Assembly: GCA_965242865.1 (NCBI GenBank)
Contig: CBDETK010000013.1
Coordinates: forward strand, 160,001 to 224,000
Source of the DNA: Candidatus Latescibacterota bacterium
GTDB taxonomy: Bacteria; Latescibacterota; UBA2968; UBA8231
Length of the DNA stretch: 64,000 nucleotides
Reading direction: 5' to 3'
In this document: positions 57,885-64,000 of the stretch, piece after piece
Numbering within the stretch: the stretch's first letter is position 1
Layout: each line of letters opens with the position of its first letter
Notes under the pieces: model-generated
What the model was told of the DNA's origin: nothing
The model's input: only the letters and a program-made list of their open reading frames with translations
Databases searched by the model: none
Program-made: the position numbers and the translations under genes

Positions 57885-59365
57885 TCCATGGCCGGATCGA
57901 GCTTCCAGCGGCATTGGTCCGGGGGCTGTACAGCGCGGCCCCATGCGGCGAGGATGGAGCGGTCGGCGCGGAGCACGGCCAGGCGCACGGCGATCTGCGC
58001 TGGGTCCCACCCGTCTAGGACTTCGGCTTTGAGCGCGGCCAGCGTCTCTTGGTGGGCCGGGTCGGCCGCTAGGTCGCAACGCTCGTGCGGGTCGGCTTGG
58101 AGGTTAAAAAGCTGGCAGGGCTGCCCGTGGTAATAGTTGAGCTTCCACGGCCCGCGCCGAATCATGCGCTGAAAAATGCCCTCGGCTGGGAAGGGGCCGC
58201 CAGCCCCGGCCGCGTCTTGGCAAAACTCGGAGAAGGCGACGTCGTCCCACGCGGCGTTTTGCGGATCCGCCAGCAGGGGCAGGACGCTACGGCCCCGTGC
58301 GTTGGGCAGGACCGGGCAGCCCAAGGCGTCGAGCAGGGTCGCGTTGAGGTCGAGGGAGGAAATTACCCGGTCGCAACGAGTGCCGGCCGGCAAGTGCCCG
58401 GGCCAAGCGAGAATGGCCGGCACCTTAACCGAGGCTTCGTAAAAGGTCTGCTTCCACCACAACCCGTGCTCGCCGACCTGCTCGCCGTGGTCCGACGTAT
58501 AGAGGATGAGGGTGTTTTCCTCCAAATCGTTTTCCCGCAGCGCGGCTACGATCTGGCCGATCAGGGCGTCCATGCGGTGGACTAGCGCCCAATAGGCCGC
58601 GCGGGCGCGGCGGGTCTCTTCCGCGCTGACTTCCTCGATGTCGCAGGCTTGACGCCAGCGCTTGAGGTGGGGGTGCAGGTGGTCGCCAAAGGGTTCCGGG
58701 GTTTGCGGCGGCGCGATGTTTTCGTAGTAGTAGCGATAGTCTTGCAGGCGGGCGACAAAAGGCTGGTGCGGCAGCATGAAACCGACCGAGAGCGAAAACG
58801 GCTCGGCCGCTTGGCCGGCGCGCTGGGCCACCCCGAGGCGATTGAGGTAGTCAACGGTCGCGGCCGCGACGTCTTCGTCGTGGACCTGATAGGCGCTTTG
58901 ACCGTGGCCGGACAGGCGCAGGCTGACGCGGCTCGGCCCGGCCGTGCCCGCGAGTGGGCCGTGGTCCACGCCTCGGCCCCCGGGCTGGTTGGGGCCGTGG
59001 TCGCCGACGAGCCGCTCCGCGTACCCGTGCAGTTGGTCCGGCCCCACCGAGTGCATGCGGCCGATGAGAACCGGGCGGTAGCCGCCGGCGCCCATGGCGT
59101 GGGCGAGGGTGGGGATGCCGGAGTCGAGGATGTGGCTGTTGGTCCAAACTTGGTTGTCGCAGGGGTAGCGACCCGACAGCATGGACATCCGCGAGGGGAC
59201 GCAAATGGGCGAGGGGCAATAGGTGTTGTCGAACGCTACGCCGCGCGCTGCGAGGGCGTCGAGGTGGGGGGTTTGGACTAAGGGGTCGCCATAGCAGCCG
59301 GCGACGTAAGGGCTGTGTTGGTCGGAGTGGATGTAAAGCAGGTTGGGGCGGGAGTCGCGGCTCAT
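57833..59365 (-). CDS. sulfatase (choline-sulfatase-like)
   Basis: RPNLLYIHSDQH, CPSPICVPSRMS (CxPxR), TSDHGE, WWKQTFYE. Confidence 0.9.
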   Translation of the reverse strand: MSRDSRPNLLYIHSDQHSPYVAGCYGDPLVQTPHLDALAARGVAFDNTYCPSPICVPSRMSMLSGRYPCDNQVWTNSHILDSGIPTLAHAMGAGGYRPVLIGRMHSVGPDQLHGYAERLVGDHGPNQPGGRGVDHGPLAGTAGPSRVSLRLSGHGQSAYQVHDEDVAAATVDYLNRLGVAQRAGQAAEPFSLSVGFMLPHQPFVARLQDYRYYYENIAPPQTPEPFGDHLHPHLKRWRQACDIEEVSAEETRRARAAYWALVHRMDALIGQIVAALRENDLEENTLILYTSDHGEQVGEHGLWWKQTFYEASVKVPAILAWPGHLPAGTRCDRVISSLDLNATLLDALGCPVLPNARGRSVLPLLADPQNAAWDDVAFSEFCQDAAGAGGPFPAEGIFQRMIRRGPWKLNYYHGQPCQLFNLQADPHERCDLAADPAHQETLAALKAEVLDGWDPAQIAVRLAVLRADRSILAAWGRAVQPPDQCRWKLDPAMDYLDREQLDHSQRTTNK

Positions 59366-59511
59366 AATACCTCGTGGGTTGGGTGGTCTGCGCGACAAGG
59401 TACGCGGCCGGTCGCGGCCGAGCAAGACGGGGCTGCGTGGGTTTTCTCGCACGGCTGCATTGCGTACGTTTTTTTGTTCTGAACGGCGAACCGCAAGCGA
59501 TGGAGATTGGA

Positions 59512-60363
59512 ATGTCCAAGAAGAAAGCCGCCAAACCGGCCAAGACGAAGCGCGAATTGTTGCCCAAGAAGAAAGCCGCCCAGCCGGCCAAAATGAAGCG
59601 CAAAGACTACGAGCGCGAATTGGCCAAGTTGCACCACGAGCTGGTCAAGTTGCAGCACTGGATCAAGGACCAGGGCCTGCGGGTCGTGATCCTCTTTGAG
59701 GGGCGCGACACGGCCGGCAAGGGCGGGATCATCAAGCGCATCACCGCGCCGCTCAATCCGCGCGGCGCCCGCGTGGTGGCCTTGGGGACGCCCTCGGACC
59801 GCGAGCGCACCCAGTGGTACTTCCAGCGCTACGTGGCCCACCTGCCGGCGGCGGGCGAGATCGTGATCTTCGACCGCAGCTGGTACAACCGCAGCGGCGT
59901 TGAGCGGGTCTTTGGCTTTTGCACCGAGGAGGAGTATTGGGAGTTTCTCCACTCGTGCCCGGAGTTTGAGCGCATGTTGGTGCGCTCGGGGATCGTCCTG
60001 CTGAAGTACTGGCTGTCGGTGAGTGCGGAGGAGCAAGAAAGCCGCTTTCAGGAGCGCGCCCGGAATCCGCTCAAGCGCTGGAAGCTCAGCGACATAGACC
60101 TGGAGTCGCGGAACAGATGGGTCGAGTACTCCAAGGCCAAGGACGAGGCGTTTTTCTACACGGACATTCCCGAAGCGCCTTGGTACACGGTCGAAGCCGA
60201 CTACAAGCGCCGGGCGCGTCTCAACTGCATCGCGCACCTCCTCAACCAACTGCCCTACGAGGACGTGATGCCGCAAAAGATGGACCTGCCGCCGCGCCCG
60301 CCCCACGGCGAGTACCAGCGCCCGCCCCACAGCAAGTTGCACTTTGTCGATGAGAAGTACTGA
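59512..60363 (+). CDS. ppk2: polyphosphate kinase 2
   Basis: FEGRDTAGKGG, WYFQRY, FDRSWYNR, KRWKLS. Confidence 0.95.
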   Translation: MSKKKAAKPAKTKRELLPKKKAAQPAKMKRKDYERELAKLHHELVKLQHWIKDQGLRVVILFEGRDTAGKGGIIKRITAPLNPRGARVVALGTPSDRERTQWYFQRYVAHLPAAGEIVIFDRSWYNRSGVERVFGFCTEEEYWEFLHSCPEFERMLVRSGIVLLKYWLSVSAEEQESRFQERARNPLKRWKLSDIDLESRNRWVEYSKAKDEAFFYTDIPEAPWYTVEADYKRRARLNCIAHLLNQLPYEDVMPQKMDLPPRPPHGEYQRPPHSKLHFVDEKY

Positions 60364-60381
60364 GCAGACGGCGCGCGCCCG

Positions 60382-61950
60382 ATGACGGCTGGCCCCCCAA
60401 AGTCCGAGCCGCAGCTTCCATTATTAAATGGGCCTCGGGCGTCCCTCTTTATCGTTGCGGCGACCTTGCTCTTGGGGGTCTGGACCTTCGATCCCAAACT
60501 TTCCCTCAGCGGCGACAACGCCGAATTCATCACGCTGGCTCGCAGTCTGGCCCAAGGCGAGGGGCTTTTGCACATCAACTCGCCCGATCCGCAGCCGGCG
60601 ACCAAGTACCCCTTTGGCTTTCCCCTGTTGCTGGCCCCGTTGGCGTGGGCCTTCCCCGGCGATTGGGTGCCGATGAAGGCGTGGGTGCTGGTGCTCTTTG
60701 CGCTGGGCATGGGCGTGCTCTACCAACTGGCCCAAGAGCGGGTGGGCGTCTTGCCCGGCTTGGCGGTGGTGCTGCTGAGCCTGATGGCCGGCCAGAGCTA
60801 CCTGACCCACGGCCCGACCGGCGCATCCTACGGCCCGCTGCTGTTGCACTACGCGCACCAAGTCATGTCCGAAGTGCCCTACCTGACCTTTTCGCTGTTG
60901 GCGCTGTGGCTCGTCGATCGGGGCGTCGGGCGGGCGGGCCTCAAGGGAAACGGGTGGCTCATCGGCGGGTTCGCCTGCACCCTCTGGGCACCTTACATCC
61001 GCACGGCTGGGGTCGCGCTCGTGGCGGCTGTGGTGGTCTATTTGTTGCTCCGGCGCGAGCTCCGGCGGGCTTTGCTCTTTGGCGGCGCGGCAATTGTCTG
61101 CTATGTGCCGTGGATCTGGCGCAACCGAGCGGTGGGCCGCGGCGGCGTCTATCTCGAGCAGCTCTTCATGGTCAATCCCTATCACCCGGAGCGGGGCCTG
61201 CTCGACGTGGGCGGCTTTGTCGAGCGCTTTATCGGCAATACGCACCGCTATCTGACCGGGGAATTGCCCCAAACCCTCGTGCCTTTTTTCACCGGCACGG
61301 AGACGATTTTTCACCCCGCGCCTTTGTTGCTGATCGCGCTCGCCGGTGCCGCGACCGTGCTTTGCATCAAGCGCGGCCAACACCTCCTGCTCCTGCTCTA
61401 CGCGGCCTTCTTTTTAGCGATGGTGTTGCTCTGGCCTTGGCCGGGCGATCGCTTTTTAGTGCCCATTGTGCCGGTGCTGGTCTTGTTGGGGGTCTGGGCT
61501 GTCTTGCAAATCCGCGCTAGACTGGGCTATCTGGGCAAGTTTGTGGTGTGGGGTTGCTTGCTCGCCTGCGTCGTCGGCTGGGTCGGCGGCGTCAAACGCC
61601 TAGCCGACTACGCTACAGCCGACTATCCCCCGCCTTGGCGGCGCTACTATCAGGCCGGTCAATGGCTCAAGGCCAACGCGCAGGAAGACGACATCGTGCT
61701 GTGCCGCAAGGGATATTGGATGTACATCGTCTCGGGCCGGCGCTGCGTCGGCTTTCCCTTTGCCGAGCCGGCCCAAGTGCTGGCCCATATCGAGCGCGAA
61801 AAGGTCGAGTACGTCGTGCTGGAAAGCCTCGGTTTTCCACAGACTGGGCGGTATTTGCTTCCGGCCATCGAGGAGTACGCGAGCCGCTTTGAGGTGGTGT
61901 GGCACGACCCAGTAGTGCCGACCTATGTGCTGCGCTTTCTCCGGCCCTAG
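60382..61950 (+). CDS. GT-C fold (ArnT/PMT-like) membrane glycosyltransferase
   Basis: GDNAEFITLARSLAQG, YPFGFPLLL, MSEVPY, RFLVPIVP, multiple TM helices. Confidence 0.75.
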   Translation: MTAGPPKSEPQLPLLNGPRASLFIVAATLLLGVWTFDPKLSLSGDNAEFITLARSLAQGEGLLHINSPDPQPATKYPFGFPLLLAPLAWAFPGDWVPMKAWVLVLFALGMGVLYQLAQERVGVLPGLAVVLLSLMAGQSYLTHGPTGASYGPLLLHYAHQVMSEVPYLTFSLLALWLVDRGVGRAGLKGNGWLIGGFACTLWAPYIRTAGVALVAAVVVYLLLRRELRRALLFGGAAIVCYVPWIWRNRAVGRGGVYLEQLFMVNPYHPERGLLDVGGFVERFIGNTHRYLTGELPQTLVPFFTGTETIFHPAPLLLIALAGAATVLCIKRGQHLLLLLYAAFFLAMVLLWPWPGDRFLVPIVPVLVLLGVWAVLQIRARLGYLGKFVVWGCLLACVVGWVGGVKRLADYATADYPPPWRRYYQAGQWLKANAQEDDIVLCRKGYWMYIVSGRRCVGFPFAEPAQVLAHIEREKVEYVVLESLGFPQTGRYLLPAIEEYASRFEVVWHDPVVPTYVLRFLRP

Positions 61951-61957
61951 CCTTGGC

Positions 61958-62941
61958 TCACGGCAGCGGAGCGTCGGGGTGGACTAAGCCCTCGGCGCGG
62001 AGTTCGGCCCAAAACGAGGCGGGAATTTCCTGAGTGAGCAAGTCGAAGTTCTCTTGTACTCGCTCGGGCTGCCGCGTCCCGGGGATGATGCAGGTGATGG
62101 CCGGATGGGCGAAGACGAATTGCGAGGCTGCTGCGCGCAGATCGACTTGGTGGCGAGCGGCCACGGCCTCTAGAGACTGAGCCTTCGCGGCGATTTCGGG
62201 CGGAGCCTCTTGGTAGTTGTACGTCGCGCCCGGGCGCGCACCTTTGGCCAAGATGCCGCTGTTGTACGTGCCGCCAGCTAAGATGCCGATGTTCTTTTCC
62301 ACGCACAGGGGCAAGAGCTCGTCGAGCGCGCTCTGGTCGAGCAAGCTGTAGCGTCCGGCGAGGAGGAAGCAGTCGAAATCGCCCTCGCGGGCAAAGCGGG
62401 CCAGCATTTCCCATTGGTTCATGCCCGCACTGACGGCGCGGATGACGCCGGCGCCGCGCAGCTCGTCGAGCGCGGGATAGGCCCCGTCAATGGCCTCCTG
62501 CCAGTGGTTGTCCGGGTCGTGAATGTGGAGGATGTCGATGCGATCGACGCCGAGGCGCTTGAGGCTAGCTTCAAAGGAGCGCATGACGCCGTCGTGGCTG
62601 AAGTCGAACACGGGTTGGTACGGAGCCGGGTCGTCGAATGCGCCCACCTGTGGGTCGCGTTGGGTTGGGACTAAGACGCGCCCCACTTTGGACGAGAGCA
62701 CATAGCTGTCGTGCGGCACGCCCGCGAGGGCCTGTCCGAGGCGGAGTTCGCTTTTGCCCGACCCGTACAGGGGTGCGGTGTCTAAGAGGTTGAGACCCAA
62801 GGACAGGGCGCGGCGCACGACCGCGACAGCTTGGTCGTCGGGTATGTCGCCGTATAGACCGCCGATGGCGGCGCAGCCCAAGCCGAGGCGGGTGACGGAC
62901 AGGCCGCTGCGGCCGAGGGGGACTTTTTCGAGTGGATTCAT
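61958..62941 (-). CDS. aldo/keto reductase (D-threo-aldose 1-dehydrogenase-like)
   Basis: DTAPLYGSGKSE, SSKVGR, IDILHIHDPD, LLAGRYSLL. Confidence 0.92.
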   Translation of the reverse strand: MNPLEKVPLGRSGLSVTRLGLGCAAIGGLYGDIPDDQAVAVVRRALSLGLNLLDTAPLYGSGKSELRLGQALAGVPHDSYVLSSKVGRVLVPTQRDPQVGAFDDPAPYQPVFDFSHDGVMRSFEASLKRLGVDRIDILHIHDPDNHWQEAIDGAYPALDELRGAGVIRAVSAGMNQWEMLARFAREGDFDCFLLAGRYSLLDQSALDELLPLCVEKNIGILAGGTYNSGILAKGARPGATYNYQEAPPEIAAKAQSLEAVAARHQVDLRAAASQFVFAHPAITCIIPGTRQPERVQENFDLLTQEIPASFWAELRAEGLVHPDAPLP

Positions 62942-63075
62942 GATGAGCTCCTTAGTTAGATGGCTTGCGTTGCCGTTGCGTCCGGGGTCGAGCCGCTGGT
63001 ATCGTGTAGTAAAGGCGCGTAGTAAAAACATAGGCCAAACCACCCGGCGCAAAAAGCCCACCCCTTGGGAGTTGC

Positions 63076-63104
63076 TTGACGCTCACCGGGGCATGCAGTA
63101 CATT
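63076..63104 (+). promoter_or_regulatory. sigma70 promoter
   Basis: TTGACG-17 nt-TACATT upstream of ATG 63150. Confidence 0.65.
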
Positions 63105-63149
63105 AACCGGCCTTTGCAAATAGTTCGGAACTCATTGAATATAAAAGAG

Positions 63150-64000
63150 ATGTGTCAATTTAAGGCCAAGCTGCTGCTGCTGCTGTGGGCCGGGTGCGCC
63201 GTTCCCGAAGAGCCGCGGCCGGAAGCGGCCCGCAGTGATCTCCCCACCTTAGCCGAATGGCAGTGGACCGACGGCGAGCTGCCTTGGGCGGCTTGGGACG
63301 AGTCCTTGTTCGCCCGCGCTCAACGCGCCGACAAGCCCATATTGGTCTATTTGGCCGCCCCGGGATACGAGGGCCTGTTTCCCGCACCCACGCCGGCGTT
63401 GCGCCAACTCGTGGCCGAGCAATTCGTCGGCGTGCAGGTCGATCCGTTCAAGCAACCGGATGTTGCGCGGCACTACGAAAGCGGCGGTTGGCCCGCCCTC
63501 GTGGTGGCCCTGCCAGACGGGCGGGTTTTTGCGCGGGCCGTAGATATTCCGCCCGCCAACGTCGAGCCTTACCTGCGCCGGCTGCGCTCGGCTTACGAGG
63601 AAAAGCGGGCCGTGCTCGTCGCCAAGGTGCAGCGCGCGGCCGCTCCCGAAGTTGAGCAACCCTTTGCCATAGATGCGGTTTATCGCGCCTGTGCGGCCGA
63701 CTTTGACTCGACCTACGGCGGCTTTGGCGGCCCGACCAAGTTCCTCGAGACCTCGGTATTGCGCTTCCTGCTCGTCTATGCCGAGGTGCGGGGGGCCGCG
63801 CCGGCGCGGCAGATGGCCTTGGCCAGCTTGGACGCGGTGCTCGCCTCGCCGCTCAACGACCAAGGCGGTTTTCGCCCGTACTCGTACGCGCCCGATTGGA
63901 GCACACCCGCCAGCGAGCGCGACGCCCTCGATCAGGCGGCCATGCTGCATCTGCTGCTCGAAGCCGACCCCCCCCGCTACGTCGCGGCGGCCCGCGCCCT
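63150..64000 (+). CDS. DUF255/YyaL-like thioredoxin-domain lipoprotein, runs off window end (absent from ORF track)
   Basis: Manual translation: MCQFKAKLLLLLWAGC..., LPWAAWDESLFARAQRADKPILVYL, VQVDPFKQPDVARHY..GGWP, DSTYGGFGGPTKF. Confidence 0.78.
   Translation, partial: MCQFKAKLLLLLWAGCAVPEEPRPEAARSDLPTLAEWQWTDGELPWAAWDESLFARAQRADKPILVYLAAPGYEGLFPAPTPALRQLVAEQFVGVQVDPFKQPDVARHYESGGWPALVVALPDGRVFARAVDIPPANVEPYLRRLRSAYEEKRAVLVAKVQRAAAPEVEQPFAIDAVYRACAADFDSTYGGFGGPTKFLETSVLRFLLVYAEVRGAAPARQMALASLDAVLASPLNDQGGFRPYSYAPDWSTPASERDALDQAAMLHLLLEADPPRYVAAARA

Noticed and set aside
59362-60342. Long antisense/alternative-frame ORFs (also 6050-6904, 20654-21745, 29015-30151, 32282-33154, 60424-61383)
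   Set aside because: Shadow ORFs of well-supported genes in high-GC DNA, with no recognisable motifs.

Overview
High-GC bacterial chromosome segment. The gene content (FlgD-type C-terminal domains, PorZ-like propeller, sulfatases, PhyH dioxygenase, FG-GAP proteins) suggests an FCB-superphylum lineage such as Latescibacterota/Gemmatimonadota; this is inference only. The backbone is housekeeping: murD, argC, dut, a xanthine-dehydrogenase-family operon, priA-rodZ-maf-dtd-lptD-rlmB, mutS-rpsA-cmk-rluB-scpBA, gcvH-accCB-efp, tRNA-Lys(CTT), mazG and ppk2. Accessory inserts are a partial N6-adenine MTase, a thermonuclease, a rearranged 19.5-26.4 kb hotspot (degenerate duplication, gene fragments, HEPN module), an orphan hsdS/SIR2-pseudogene/XRE-ImmA/PIN islet and an IS982 remnant. 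The best new observation is a small DUF5069-like gene at 5578-5844 that the ORF track breaks. It has an in-frame UGA at the position where I recall the family's conserved Cys, followed directly by a SECIS-like hairpin, so it is a candidate selenoprotein coupled to a ferredoxin-reductase-like gene. The window also appears depleted of CCWGG and rich in CTAGG/CCAAG.
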